Part shown: positions 52,057 to 62,893 of the stretch, piece by piece
Position numbering within the stretch: the first letter of the stretch is position 1
Layout: every line of letters starts with the position of its first letter
DNA from: Bacteroidota bacterium
GTDB lineage: Bacteria; Bacteroidota; Bacteroidia; Bacteroidales; Tenuifilaceae
Direction: 5' to 3'
DNA length: 64,000 bases
Assembly (NCBI GenBank): GCA_040752515.1
Contig: JBFMGQ010000013.1
Span: 4,909-68,908, forward strand
The notes under the pieces: model-generated
Seen by the model: only the letters and a program-made list of their open reading frames with translations
Databases searched by the model: none
What the model was told of the DNA's origin: nothing
Program-made: the position numbers and the translations under genes

Positions 52057-54207
52057 TTACTCAATGATTTTCATTTCGTCGATTAAACGGGTTGCTCCGG
52101 CATACTTGTCAATCACAAAGAGGACATAGCGTATATCAACGGAAATGGTGCGTTGCAATTTGTTTTCGAAAACGATGTCGCCGCTCATGGCCTCCCAGTT
52201 ACCATCGAATGCAATGCCAATAAGTTCGCCGTTGCCATTCATTACAGGGCTACCTGAGTTCCCTCCGGTAATATCGTTGGTTGAGATAAACGCAACGGGC
52301 ATTTTGCCATCTTTTCCGTAGCGGCCGTAATCCTTTGATTTGTATAGTTCTTTAAGTTTTTCAGGAACCACAAATTCCCAGTTATCGGGGTCTTCCTTCT
52401 CCATTACCCCATCGAGGGTAGTTTGGTAGTCGTAGTGAACGGCATCCATCGGGAAGTAGTCCTTAACCTCTCCATAGGTAAGACGCATGGTAAAGTTAGC
52501 ATCGGGATACATGGCTTTGCCTTCGTTCATCTCAAGAATACCTGCAATGTAAAGGCGTTGCCCACGTTGCAGCTTTTCGTTAAACGGAGCCATCAGCTTG
52601 CTAATCTCTTCAGCTTTGTTCGAGATGGAAGTCGCTACAATGTAAACCGGGTCTTTTTCAAGTGCCTTTAGGTTTGGCTTATCGATGAATGCGTTGAACT
52701 TGGCAGGGTCGGTAAACATGGTTTTTGCAAACATCTGGTCAATGAACTTATCTACATCGCCTTTGAACTTGGTTCTAATGGTGGTAAAAATATCGGGCTG
52801 GTAGTTAACCGGAACATTTTCCATGAAAATGCGGAACATTGCCTTGGAGGTTTTTTGGTCGGTTGGGGTGTTGTAGTTCTTGTAGAAGTTCTCGGCACGC
52901 GCTTTCAGCGATTTGGTTATTTTTGAAATATCCTCGGTTTTGTTGCTCTTAAGGGCATCGGCCAATGAACGGGTCATGGAGGCAAAGCCAACAATTTCAG
53001 CTCCGCTGAACAAAGCCTCATTGATATACTGGTTGGCGTGGAGGTACTCCTTGCGTCCTGTAACACCTTCGTTAATCAGATTTAGAGCATCGCCATATTT
53101 TTGTTGACGTTCGGGTGAGGCAAGAACCCACTTGGTGAATTCTTCTTCCTGTTGCTTCTTGAAATCGTAAACCTTGAGGCGCTTGAGGGCCTTATTCATA
53201 CCAATGGAATTCTTCCAGTAATTGCTGGAACCGGCATACTTGGATGCATACTTGATATTCACGGCCTTGTCGGCTTGCATATCTTTTAGCCAGATTTCCT
53301 GCTTAATTCCTCTAACGTATATCCTGTTGGCATTCAGGATATTCATGCGTTCCTGAACCTCAACTGCTGTCATGTAGCGTTGGGTGCTACCTGGGTATCC
53401 CATTATCATGGTATAGTCGCCATTGTTTATTCCTTTGAGCGAAATGGGAAGGAAGTGTTTGGGTTTGTAGGGAACATTCTCGCGCGAGTACTCGGCGGGT
53501 TTGTTGTCCTTTCCGGCATAAATGCGGAATACCGAAAAGTCGCCGGTGTGGCGAGGCCACATCCAGTTGTCGGTATCGTGGCCAAACTTACCGATTGATG
53601 ATGGGGGAGCGCCTACCAGTCGAACATCGTTGAACACCTCGTAAACCAATAGGAAGAACTGGTTGCCTCCAAAGAAACTGCGAACACTTGCCGTGTAGTG
53701 AGTACCTTCGGTTGCCTGCTTGGCAATTTTACGACCCATTTCCATAGCCGCTTTATCGCGGTCGGCTTCGGACATTTCGGGTTTCAAGGCTGCATTAACC
53801 TGCTCAGTAACATCCTCGATGCGAATGAGGAATGTGGCAGTTAGACCGGGGGTAGGAATCTCCTCCTCGAACGATTTTGCCCAGAAACCATCTTCAAGGT
53901 AATCGTGCTCAGGGGTACTATGCTGCTGAATGGCTCCGTAGCCGCAGTGGTGATTTGTAAGCACCAAGCCCTGGTCGGAAACTACCTCGCCGGTGCAGCC
54001 ACGGCCAAAAATGATTACGGCATCCTTTATGCTTGCCTGGTTAAGGCTGTAGATGTCATCGGCAGTTAGCTTGAAGCCCTTTTGCTGCATAGCCTGTATA
54101 TTATACTTTTGGAGTAGAGGGAGCAACCACATTCCCTCGTCGGCTTTTACAGCCGAACTAACCAGGAGTAAAAATCCCAGTATGAGTGTTGTTAATCGTT
54201 TTGTCAT
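52057..54207 (-). CDS. dpp7: S46 dipeptidyl peptidase, DPP7 type
   Basis: DEGMW, TNHHC, NWMWPRHTGDF, TGGNSGSPV, FDGNWE (Gly, not the Arg of DPP11). Confidence 0.9.
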   Translation of the reverse strand: MTKRLTTLILGFLLLVSSAVKADEGMWLLPLLQKYNIQAMQQKGFKLTADDIYSLNQASIKDAVIIFGRGCTGEVVSDQGLVLTNHHCGYGAIQQHSTPEHDYLEDGFWAKSFEEEIPTPGLTATFLIRIEDVTEQVNAALKPEMSEADRDKAAMEMGRKIAKQATEGTHYTASVRSFFGGNQFFLLVYEVFNDVRLVGAPPSSIGKFGHDTDNWMWPRHTGDFSVFRIYAGKDNKPAEYSRENVPYKPKHFLPISLKGINNGDYTMIMGYPGSTQRYMTAVEVQERMNILNANRIYVRGIKQEIWLKDMQADKAVNIKYASKYAGSSNYWKNSIGMNKALKRLKVYDFKKQQEEEFTKWVLASPERQQKYGDALNLINEGVTGRKEYLHANQYINEALFSGAEIVGFASMTRSLADALKSNKTEDISKITKSLKARAENFYKNYNTPTDQKTSKAMFRIFMENVPVNYQPDIFTTIRTKFKGDVDKFIDQMFAKTMFTDPAKFNAFIDKPNLKALEKDPVYIVATSISNKAEEISKLMAPFNEKLQRGQRLYIAGILEMNEGKAMYPDANFTMRLTYGEVKDYFPMDAVHYDYQTTLDGVMEKEDPDNWEFVVPEKLKELYKSKDYGRYGKDGKMPVAFISTNDITGGNSGSPVMNGNGELIGIAFDGNWEAMSGDIVFENKLQRTISVDIRYVLFVIDKYAGATRLIDEMKIIE

Positions 54208-54279
54208 GGCATTTATTTTTTGGGTTTGTTTTTTCGACAGCTAAAGTTACGATTAGTTTAATTAAACATCACGCTAATA

Positions 54280-54858
54280 TTACAAAAGCCTAAAGCTGAG
54301 TCGGTGGTAAGGTGTAACCCCGTGTTTAGCAATGCTTTCTCTGTGCTTTTTGGTTGGATACCCCTTGTTAATTTCCCAGCCGTACAGCGGAAACTCTTTA
54401 CTGATGTTCACCATAAACTCATCTCGATACGTTTTGGCGAGAATCGATGCTGCTGCAATGGAAAGGAATTTGGAATCGCCTTTGATGATGCATGTATGCG
54501 GAATTCCCGGATACGGTTTAAAGCGGTTTCCATCAATCAGCAAATGCTGCGGTTTTTTTTTGTTCAGTTTACCAATGGCAATATGCATGGCCTGTATGGA
54601 GGCATTAAGTATGTTGATTTCATCAATTTCTTGGTTCGAGAGGCTTGCAACAGCCCAGTCGATGGCATAATGCTCAATTACCCTGCGAAGCTGCACGCGC
54701 TGCTTGTGGCTAAGCTGCTTGGAGTCGTTAATTAGCGGGTCATTGAAATCGGGGGGGAGAATAACTGCGGCGGCAAAAACAGGGCCAGCCAGGCAGCCCC
54801 TTCCTGCTTCATCGCAACCGGCTTCAATCACGTTGGAGTTCAAGTACTGCTTAAGCAT
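54280..54858 (-). CDS. rnhB: Ribonuclease HII
   Basis: [34 protein letters not shown]; ATG 54858. Confidence 0.95.
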   Translation of the reverse strand: MLKQYLNSNVIEAGCDEAGRGCLAGPVFAAAVILPPDFNDPLINDSKQLSHKQRVQLRRVIEHYAIDWAVASLSNQEIDEINILNASIQAMHIAIGKLNKKKPQHLLIDGNRFKPYPGIPHTCIIKGDSKFLSIAAASILAKTYRDEFMVNISKEFPLYGWEINKGYPTKKHRESIAKHGVTPYHRLSFRLL

Positions 54859-55981
54859 GGCCAAAACATTTTTCGATGCTGCTGTAGAGTGCTTGAGCGG
54901 TGTAATCCCAGTTGAAAAGCTTTTGTTGTTCCAAAGCGTTGGCACTAAGTACCCCACGCAGTTCCATGTCGTAGGCAACTCGATGCATGGCATTCGCCAT
55001 TTCGTTTACAGAGCAGGGGTCGAAGTAAATGGCTGAATTTCCTGCTATTTCAGGGATTGCAGTGGTGTTTGATGCAGCAATGGGCACACCACACTTCATG
55101 GCTTCAAGCAAGGGAATTCCAAATCCCTCGAAGGTTGAAGGGTAAATTACTGCGTGGGCAGCACCTGTAATTTGTGTTAGCTCATCTAAGCCTTTCCTGC
55201 CAAGAAAAACCACATCGCTACTGTACGAACAGTTTCTATAGGCAATATCAATATCGGTGGTTTTAAACATGGGTTCTCCCACAAGTAAAAGCTTAATGGT
55301 TGAGCCGGCCTTTTTCCGGAATAAATCGTAGGCTTCAATTAGGCGGGCAACATTCTTTCGCGGATTGAATGCCCCAACAAAGAGGAAATAGGGTTGTCCA
55401 TCGGAAATGCCTTGTCGAACTAGTTGAATTTCGTTTTCCGACAGGGGTCTGTACTTATCGCTTGCGCCATTGTAGGCAACATCAATCTTACTGGTATCGA
55501 TATTAAAATTTTTGGCAATATCGGCACGTGAAAACTCACTTACGGTAACTATCCGCTTTGCCTTTTGGGCAAAACGCGGAAAGAAGTAATTCATGTAATG
55601 CGATGTAAAAAAGGGTAAACCTTTAGGGCTATGGTAAAAGTTGATGTCGTGAATAACTGCCAGCTGCGGCACATTGGTATTCAGCGACAGGTAACCATCG
55701 GGCGAAACAAAAATATCGGCATTAATGGCTTTAAGCGTTTTGGGAATGCCATGCTCCAACCAGTAATACCATAAAAATGGATGGCGTGCCGGAGGCCAGA
55801 CAACTACAGGGGTTACGTTACTGTTAAATACAAAAGCCTTATCGTAAGGCCTATCAAAAATGAAAAAGAATTGATGTTCAGGATGTTCCTTGGTTATCCG
55901 GATAAAAGTCTCATAGGTAAACCATCCTATACCCTCGAGCTTATTCTTAAGTAAAAGTCTTGTGTTTACGGCTATTCTCAA
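54851..55981 (-). CDS. GT4 family glycosyltransferase
   Basis: [29 protein letters not shown]; TTG start. Confidence 0.9.
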   Translation of the reverse strand: MRIAVNTRLLLKNKLEGIGWFTYETFIRITKEHPEHQFFFIFDRPYDKAFVFNSNVTPVVVWPPARHPFLWYYWLEHGIPKTLKAINADIFVSPDGYLSLNTNVPQLAVIHDINFYHSPKGLPFFTSHYMNYFFPRFAQKAKRIVTVSEFSRADIAKNFNIDTSKIDVAYNGASDKYRPLSENEIQLVRQGISDGQPYFLFVGAFNPRKNVARLIEAYDLFRKKAGSTIKLLLVGEPMFKTTDIDIAYRNCSYSSDVVFLGRKGLDELTQITGAAHAVIYPSTFEGFGIPLLEAMKCGVPIAASNTTAIPEIAGNSAIYFDPCSVNEMANAMHRVAYDMELRGVLSANALEQQKLFNWDYTAQALYSSIEKCFGHA

Positions 55982-56087
55982 AGCAAAATATTTGTGCTAA
56001 TTACTACATTTTTTTAAAAAATAGCAACCGTAACATGCAAAATACCTATGCCCACACAACCCCAATGGCTGGTTTTCAAACAAATAA

Positions 56088-56119
56088 TTTGCAATTTGTT
56101 AAAAATGTTACTATATTTG
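56088..56119 (+). promoter_or_regulatory. Sigma-A promoter of rimP-nusA-infB
   Basis: TTTG (56088) - 20 nt - TATATTTG (56112). Confidence 0.75.
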
Positions 56120-56140
56120 CAAAAGTTTTGCTGGAAGTGG

Positions 56141-56163
56141 CAGGGGACTTAGTCCCCTGTTTT
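56141..56163 (+). promoter_or_regulatory. rimP leader hairpin
   Basis: caggggac-tta-gtcccctg-tttt in the 5' UTR. Confidence 0.6.
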
Positions 56164-56182
56164 GCTTAAAAAACACGTAGGG

Positions 56183-56650
56183 ATGATTAGTAAGGAAACA
56201 ATAGTTAGCATAGCTAACCCCTTGCTGGAAAAGGAAAACCTTTTCCTTGTTGATGTATCGGTTGGTACCGATAATAAGGTAGTGGTAACTATCGATGGCT
56301 ACAAAGGCGTTTCAATTGATTCCTGCGTAAGTATTAGCCGAGGAATTGAGGCTGCACTCGACAGGGATAAAGAAGATTTTGAGCTGGAGGTAACATCAGC
56401 CGGATTGGGTCAACCACTAAGAATCCCTCGCCAGTACATAAAGAATATTGGTCAGGAGTTGGAGGTTGTTCTTAAAACTGGCGAGAAGGTTAAAGGTATA
56501 CTCAACAGTGCCAACGAAAACAGCTTTACGCTTAGCGTAAGCAAAAAGGTTACCGTTGAAGGGTCAAAGAAAAAGAAAGAGCTGGTTGAACCGCTTCAGC
56601 TAACCTATCAGCAGGCTAAAAGTGCAAAAGTTGTACTTAAGTTTAAGTGA
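56183..56650 (+). CDS. rimP: Ribosome maturation factor RimP
   Basis: SIDSC, FELEVTSAGL, RQYIKNIG; ATG 56183. Confidence 0.93.
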   Translation: MISKETIVSIANPLLEKENLFLVDVSVGTDNKVVVTIDGYKGVSIDSCVSISRGIEAALDRDKEDFELEVTSAGLGQPLRIPRQYIKNIGQELEVVLKTGEKVKGILNSANENSFTLSVSKKVTVEGSKKKKELVEPLQLTYQQAKSAKVVLKFK

Positions 56651-56676
56651 TATAATAGGGAAAAATATTTAAAGCA

Positions 56677-57915
56677 ATGGAGAATCTGAACTTAATTGAT
56701 TCGTTTCTAGAGTTTAAGGAACTCAAGAATATTGACAGGCCAACCATGATGAGCGTGCTGGAAGATGTATTCCGCAGCATGTTGGTGAAGCTTTACGGTT
56801 CCGACGATAACTTTGATATAATTATCAACATTGATAAGGGCGATTTTGTAATTTACCGAAATCGTGAGGTGGTTGAGGATGGCGCAGTGGAAGACCCAAA
56901 CCGTCAAATCTCCCTGTCCGATGCCCGAAAGATTGACGAGGATTATGAGGTAGGCGAAGAGGTAACATCGGAGGTTTCGCTTTCGGAATTTGGCCGCAGG
57001 GCTATTTTAGCGCTCCGCCAGAACCTCACTTCACGCATCATGGAGTTGGAGCGCAACAACCTCTACAGCAAGTATAAGGATAGGATTGGTGAGATTATTA
57101 CCGGTGAGGTTTATCAGGTTTGGAAAAAGGAAATCCTTGTACTCGACGATGAAGGGAATGAACTTATACTCCCAAAGAGCGAACAAATCCCATCCGATTT
57201 TTACCGCAAGGGCGATACCATTCGTGCCGTGGTTTACAAGGTGGAGATGCGCAACAACACCCCTCAAATCATCCTTTCAAGAACGGCCAATGCTTTCCTG
57301 GAGAGGCTGTTTGAACTTGAAGTTCCCGAAATTTTCGATGGTTTGATAACAATCAAAAAGATTGTTCGTATTCCGGGCGAAAGGGCTAAGGTTGCAGTTG
57401 AATCGTACGATGAACGGGTTGACCCGGTGGGAGCGTGTGTGGGTATGAAGGGAAGCCGTATACATGGAATTGTTCGTGAGCTTAGGAACGAAAGCATCGA
57501 TGTAATCAATTACACCACAAACACCCAGCTGTTTATCCAGCGCGCCCTAAGCCCTGCTAAAATCTCCTCAATCAAGATTGATGAGGAAAACAAACGTGCC
57601 GAGGTTTACCTAAAGCCATCGGAGGTATCGCTGGCTATTGGTAAAGGCGGATATAACATTAAGCTGGCAAGCCAGCTTACCGGCTACGAGATTGATGTTT
57701 ACCGTGAATCGGCAGGTGAGGACGAAGAGGATGTTAGTATCGATGAATTTACCGACGAAATTGATGAATGGATTATAGATGTGCTTAAGGGTATTGGATG
57801 CGATACCGCCAAGAGCGTACTTGAGATTCCGTTCGATGAACTTGTTAAACGTACCGACCTTGAAGAGGAAACCGTTAAGGAAATTATAAGAATTTTGAAG
57901 TCGGAGTTTGAATAG
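56677..57915 (+). CDS. nusA: Transcription factor NusA
   Basis: S1 and KH domains, RIPGERAKVAV, DPVGACVGMKG, AIGKGG. Confidence 0.97.
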   Translation: MENLNLIDSFLEFKELKNIDRPTMMSVLEDVFRSMLVKLYGSDDNFDIIINIDKGDFVIYRNREVVEDGAVEDPNRQISLSDARKIDEDYEVGEEVTSEVSLSEFGRRAILALRQNLTSRIMELERNNLYSKYKDRIGEIITGEVYQVWKKEILVLDDEGNELILPKSEQIPSDFYRKGDTIRAVVYKVEMRNNTPQIILSRTANAFLERLFELEVPEIFDGLITIKKIVRIPGERAKVAVESYDERVDPVGACVGMKGSRIHGIVRELRNESIDVINYTTNTQLFIQRALSPAKISSIKIDEENKRAEVYLKPSEVSLAIGKGGYNIKLASQLTGYEIDVYRESAGEDEEDVSIDEFTDEIDEWIIDVLKGIGCDTAKSVLEIPFDELVKRTDLEEETVKEIIRILKSEFE

Positions 57916-57971
57916 TTTTGCCATTAGTTTAGTTTTGCAAAGTAATAAATAAATCAGGGGATAAAGCCTTT

Positions 57972-60911
57972 ATGACAAGCGATAACAAAATCAGGCTCAG
58001 TAAACTGGCAAAAGAGTTTAACGTTGGCGTAGGAACTCTGGTAGAGTTTCTACACAAAAGAGGATATGATGTGGAGAATAATCCTAACGCCAAGGTTGAC
58101 CAGGATGTTGTTACAATTCTTGAAAAAGAGTTTGGCAGCGAGTTAGACCTTAAGAAAAAAACTGAGCAACAAAAGGAAAACCTTAAGGCTTTAAGGGATA
58201 AGAAAAAAACAATATCCATTGATGATATTGAAAAGGATGAGGATGATTTTTCCGATGAACCTTCGGACGATGAAATAATCATTAAAACAAATACAATCGA
58301 ATCGGCACCAACCATTGAGGTTGAAAAACCCAAAATCGACCTTAAGGTAAAAGGTAAAATTGACCTTGATACCTTAGGCAAGAAGCCTAAAGAAGAAAAA
58401 CCTGAGCCTAAACCCGAGGAAAAACCTACCCCGGTAAAGGAAAAACAACCTACCCCAAAAGAGGAAAAAGTGGAAAAACCCCAGCCCGAAGAGGTAATAA
58501 AGCCTAACGTTAGGGTTGACGGCCCCAAAGTGGTTGGGAAAATCGATATCGATAAGGCAGGCAAAACCCCTAAACCCGTTGAGCATAAAAAAGGTGAACA
58601 TCAACCACATCAAAAGGGCGAAAAGCCTCAACCCAAAGAGGTGATCAAGAAAGCCAGTATTGAAGCCGAAAAGGTTGAACCGGCTGAGCCTATTGTTACT
58701 GCTAAACCGCAAGAGACTGAGCCTGCTGAACCTGAAGTTTACAGGGCCGAGGTTGAAAAGCTTGCTGGACCAACCATCAAGGGCAAAATTGACCTGAGTA
58801 GGTTTGAGGTTAAAAAGAAACCGGTGGCATCGTCGTCCGATTTCGATAAAGATGGTAAGAAAAAGAAGCGGAAACGCATCAAAAAGAACGATAAGGTTGG
58901 TGTTGACCAACCCCAGGAGGTAAATGTTAATAAGGAAACCGCCAAGGATGACCTTAAGGCCAAAAAGCTTAAAAAGAAAAGTAAGAAAAAAATAATCAGA
59001 CCCGAGGTTGACGAGGAAGAGGTTCAGCGTCAAATTAAGGAAACCCTGGCAAGGTTAACCAGTAAGGGAAAGACAAAAAGCTCCAAGTATCGCCGCGAGA
59101 AGCGAGAAATTCTTAGCGCCCGCCAGCGCGAGGAACTTGAACGCCAGGAACAGGAAAAGCAGGTGCTTAAGGTTTCGGAATTCGTTTCGGCTAACGAGTT
59201 GGCTGCCATGATGAACGTTCCGGTTACCGATGTTATTGACGTGTGCATGAACCTTGGCCTGATGGTTTCCATAAACCAACGACTGGATGCCGAGACCATG
59301 GCCCTGGTAGCCGATGAGTTTGGCTATAAGGTTGAATTTGTTAGTGTTGACGTTCAGGAGGTAATCAAGGAAGAGGAAGAGGATAAGCCCGAAGATTTGA
59401 AACCTCGCCCGCCCATTGTTACAGTGATGGGTCACGTTGACCATGGTAAAACATCGCTGCTCGACTACATAAGGCATACCAACGTAATTGCCGGCGAGGC
59501 TGGAGGTATAACCCAGCACATTGGTGCATACAGTGTTGAGCTGGATGATGGACGCAAAATAACCTTCCTCGATACTCCCGGCCACGAAGCCTTTACCGCC
59601 ATGCGTGCCCGTGGAGCAAAGCTAACCGACGTTGCCATTATTGTGGTTGCCGCCGACGACGCCGTGATGCCTCAAACCGTTGAGGCCATTAACCACGCCA
59701 GCGCTGCCGGTGTACCTATTGTTTTTGCCATCAATAAAATTGATAAGCCAACTGCCGACCCCGAACGAATCAAGGGGGAACTGGCTAATATGAACTACCT
59801 GGTTGAAGACTGGGGCGGTAAATACCAGTGCCAAGAGATCTCAGCAAAGCAAGGCTTGAACGTAGAAAAACTCCTGGAAAAGGTTTTGCTTGAAGCCGAA
59901 CTAAAAGACCTTAAGGCAAATCCCAATAGGCGTGCATCGGGAACGGTTATCGAATCGGCACTCGATAAGGGTAGGGGATACGTTGCCACCGTTCTTGTTC
60001 AGAACGGAACACTTCGCCAGGGCGATATCATGTTGGCTGGGATTTACTACGGACACGTGAAAGCCATGTTTAACGAGCGTGGTCAACGAATCCATGAAGC
60101 CGGCCCATCGACTCCTGTTCAGGTTATTGGCTTAAACGGTGCTCCCCAGGCAGGCGATTACTTTAACGTTCTCGATTCCGACCGCGAGGCCCGTGAAATT
60201 GCCAATAAGCGTGAGCAGCTGGTTCGCATGCAAAGCATGAAAACCAAAAAGCATATCACCCTCGACGAGATTGGCCGCCGTATTGCCATTGGCAACTTCA
60301 GGGAGCTTAACCTGGTGGTAAAAGGCGATGTGGACGGTTCAATTGAGGCTCTATCCGATGCCCTCATCAAGCTCTCCACTGAGCAGGTACAGGTTAACGT
60401 AATTCATAAGGCTGTTGGTCAGATTTCCGAATCGGATATCCTGCTTGCAGCAGCATCAAACGCCATTGTGATTGGTTTCCAGGTTCGTCCCTCGGCAGGC
60501 GCCCGCAAGCTAGCCGAGAAGGAAGAAATTGACATTCGCCTGTACTCCATCATTTACGATGCCATCAACGAGATTAAGGACGCCATTGAGGGCATGCTTG
60601 CCCCTGAAATGAAGGAGGAGATTACCGGTTCAGCCGAGGTGCTTGAAACCTTCAAGATAACCAAGGTTGGTACCGTAGCCGGATGTATTGTTCGCGAGGG
60701 TAAAATCTCGCGCAACAACAAGGTTCGCCTTATCCGCGATGGTATAGTAATTTACACCGGCGAGCTTGAATCGCTCAAGCGTTTCAAGGATGATGTTCGT
60801 GAGGTAGCTGCTGGCTTTGAGTGTGGCTTAAACATTAAGAACTTCAACGATATCAAGGTTGGCGATATTGTTGAGGGATTCCAGGAGGTTGAGGTTAAAC
60901 GGAAACTTTAA
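57972..60911 (+). CDS. infB: Translation initiation factor IF-2
   Basis: [18 protein letters not shown], long Lys/Pro/Glu-rich N-terminus. Confidence 0.97.
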   Translation: MTSDNKIRLSKLAKEFNVGVGTLVEFLHKRGYDVENNPNAKVDQDVVTILEKEFGSELDLKKKTEQQKENLKALRDKKKTISIDDIEKDEDDFSDEPSDDEIIIKTNTIESAPTIEVEKPKIDLKVKGKIDLDTLGKKPKEEKPEPKPEEKPTPVKEKQPTPKEEKVEKPQPEEVIKPNVRVDGPKVVGKIDIDKAGKTPKPVEHKKGEHQPHQKGEKPQPKEVIKKASIEAEKVEPAEPIVTAKPQETEPAEPEVYRAEVEKLAGPTIKGKIDLSRFEVKKKPVASSSDFDKDGKKKKRKRIKKNDKVGVDQPQEVNVNKETAKDDLKAKKLKKKSKKKIIRPEVDEEEVQRQIKETLARLTSKGKTKSSKYRREKREILSARQREELERQEQEKQVLKVSEFVSANELAAMMNVPVTDVIDVCMNLGLMVSINQRLDAETMALVADEFGYKVEFVSVDVQEVIKEEEEDKPEDLKPRPPIVTVMGHVDHGKTSLLDYIRHTNVIAGEAGGITQHIGAYSVELDDGRKITFLDTPGHEAFTAMRARGAKLTDVAIIVVAADDAVMPQTVEAINHASAAGVPIVFAINKIDKPTADPERIKGELANMNYLVEDWGGKYQCQEISAKQGLNVEKLLEKVLLEAELKDLKANPNRRASGTVIESALDKGRGYVATVLVQNGTLRQGDIMLAGIYYGHVKAMFNERGQRIHEAGPSTPVQVIGLNGAPQAGDYFNVLDSDREAREIANKREQLVRMQSMKTKKHITLDEIGRRIAIGNFRELNLVVKGDVDGSIEALSDALIKLSTEQVQVNVIHKAVGQISESDILLAAASNAIVIGFQVRPSAGARKLAEKEEIDIRLYSIIYDAINEIKDAIEGMLAPEMKEEITGSAEVLETFKITKVGTVAGCIVREGKISRNNKVRLIRDGIVIYTGELESLKRFKDDVREVAAGFECGLNIKNFNDIKVGDIVEGFQEVEVKRKL

Positions 60912-60926
60912 TAAAGTAATTCAATA

Positions 60927-60966
60927 AGCAGAAAAGGGTTGCCGGGGCAACCCTTTTCTGCTTTTC
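60927..60966 (+). terminator. Intrinsic terminator with a 16-bp stem
   Basis: agcagaaaagggttgc-cggg-gcaacccttttctgct-ttt. Confidence 0.9.
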
Positions 60967-61164
60967 TAGGGATATAGAGTTGGGAAGGGGTTTGGGAAAT
61001 GGGATGAAATGAGAGGGTGTTAAAGGAATCATTTGTTGGAAATGCTGAACACCAGTCGTTAAGTTTCATGCCATTAGAACTCCCCCAATTGGTCTAATTC
61101 TAAATTAACCCATGCTATTGCTTTGAACTGCTTTTTGGCTTAACTTAAGGCAAAAATCTTTAGC

Positions 61165-61632
61165 ATGGAAGTGGAAAAGATACTCAGCAAGTACCCAAGG
61201 AGTAAGGACTACCTTCTGGAAATCCTGCACGATATTCAAAACCACCACCCCCAAAATTACATACCCGCCGAGGCGGTCCAAAAGGTAGCAAGCCATCTGA
61301 ATATCAAAAGGGCACAGGTTTACGGGGTCATTGGGTACTACTCCATGTTTAGCATTAAGCCACGGGGTAAGTATATTATTAGGGTTTGCGCTTCGCCAAT
61401 CTGCAATATGATGGGGAGCTGCAACCTCTTGGATTTCCTAAAACAAAAGCTGGGTGTAGGGCTGGGCGAAACCACTACCGATGGTTTATTTACCCTCGAA
61501 ACCACTGAGTGCCTTGGGAATTGCGCTGCCGCTCCTGCCATGATGGTAAACCAGGAAATGTTCGGGAATCTTACCCCTGGTATGATTGAAAGCCTACTGG
61601 AGCATTACTCCAAGAAAACCCAAATAAAGTAA
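61165..61632 (+). CDS. NuoE-like [2Fe-2S] subunit of an NAD-linked formate dehydrogenase
   Basis: CASPIC...ECLGNC. Confidence 0.9.
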   Translation: MEVEKILSKYPRSKDYLLEILHDIQNHHPQNYIPAEAVQKVASHLNIKRAQVYGVIGYYSMFSIKPRGKYIIRVCASPICNMMGSCNLLDFLKQKLGVGLGETTTDGLFTLETTECLGNCAAAPAMMVNQEMFGNLTPGMIESLLEHYSKKTQIK

Positions 61633-61637
61633 AGGAT

Positions 61638-62891
61638 ATGCCTAAAGAATACCGAATAGCATTGCGGAACTGTGGGCTTATAAACCCCGAAAGTATAGAT
61701 GAGTTCATTGCAGCCGATGGCTACCAGGCCCTACGTAAGGCCTTGAAAAGCGAGCCACTGGGCATTTACGAGGAGATATACGATTCGGGGTTAAGGGGGC
61801 GCGGCGGAGCCGGATTCCCTACCGGAGCCAAGGAGAAAGCCGCTGCCGTAATCTGTTCCGATTGCGAAAAGTATGTGATATGCAATGCCGATGAGGGAGA
61901 ACCCGGTACCTTTAAGGATCGTATTATCATGGAAACCGACCCGCACACGCTCATTGAGGGGATAACCATTGCTGCATACAGCATTGGCGCGCACAGGGGG
62001 TTCATTTACATCAGGGGTGAGTATGAGCTAAGTATCCAAAGGGTTCAAAATGCTATTGAGCAGGCCTATGGCCGCGGTTTTCTGGGGAAAAATATTTTGG
62101 GTAGCGGATTCGATTTCGATCTGGAGGTTCGGCGTGGCGCAGGCTCCTACCTGTGCGGCGAGGAGTTAACCCTTATTGAATCGGTTGAGGGGAAACGCGG
62201 TTACCCGCGGATTAAGCCCCCTTACCCTGCCGAAAAGGGGCTATGGGGCGCACCCACCCTAATCAACAACGTCGAGACGCTTGCAAACTTTCCGGCAATC
62301 ATTCTGAATGGAGCAAAATGGTATCGTTCCATAGGCACTGAGAAATCGCCCGGAACAAAAATTTTCACCATCAGTGGCGATGTCAACAGACCCGGATTCT
62401 ATGAGTTCCCAATGGGTATAACGCTACGCGAGTTAATCTACGAGGTGGCAGGTGGTATTAGGGATGGCAAACCTTTTGGTGCAGCATTGATTGGCGGGGC
62501 AGCAGGCACATTTGCCTCGGAACGGCATTTGGATGTGCAGATGGGCTACGATAAACTCCGCGATGTTGGACTAACCCTTGGCTCGGGCGCAGTTATTGTT
62601 ATGGATAGCACCCGCAATCTTAACCAAACCATGCTCTCAATCCTTAAATTCTTTAAGCATGAGAGTTGTGGTAAGTGCATCCCTTGCCGTATAGGCACTA
62701 CCCAACTGTATGAGGCGCTAAAAGAGAACTTGGGGCATCAGGATTTTAAACCCGATACGGTTTACCCTGAACTAATTAGGCAAGCCGAAATGATTGCCCG
62801 TACATCGCTCTGCCCGCTTGGGCAATCACCCATACTGCCCTTGAAAAGTTTATGGGAACATATTCTGGTTAAACAAACAGCAAATAAGTAG
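61638..62891 (+). CDS. NuoF-like FMN/NAD-binding [4Fe-4S] subunit, short form
   Basis: GRGGAGFPTG, NADEGEPGTFKDR, GAGSYLCGEE, CGKCIPCR...CPLG. Confidence 0.92.
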   Translation: MPKEYRIALRNCGLINPESIDEFIAADGYQALRKALKSEPLGIYEEIYDSGLRGRGGAGFPTGAKEKAAAVICSDCEKYVICNADEGEPGTFKDRIIMETDPHTLIEGITIAAYSIGAHRGFIYIRGEYELSIQRVQNAIEQAYGRGFLGKNILGSGFDFDLEVRRGAGSYLCGEELTLIESVEGKRGYPRIKPPYPAEKGLWGAPTLINNVETLANFPAIILNGAKWYRSIGTEKSPGTKIFTISGDVNRPGFYEFPMGITLRELIYEVAGGIRDGKPFGAALIGGAAGTFASERHLDVQMGYDKLRDVGLTLGSGAVIVMDSTRNLNQTMLSILKFFKHESCGKCIPCRIGTTQLYEALKENLGHQDFKPDTVYPELIRQAEMIARTSLCPLGQSPILPLKSLWEHILVKQTANK

Positions 62892-62893
62892 CT

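Noticed and set aside
57929-59585. Long antisense ORFs (211, 219 and 176 aa) opposite infB
   Set aside because: Expected shadows of the Lys/Glu/Pro-biased IF-2 sequence; Phe/Leu/Ser-rich with no recognisable domain.
61000-61164. Moco/tungsten riboswitch or Rex box upstream of the FDH operon
   Set aside because: I could not match the consensus elements by eye; only a weak ttagaa...ttctaa dyad. An Rfam scan would settle it.
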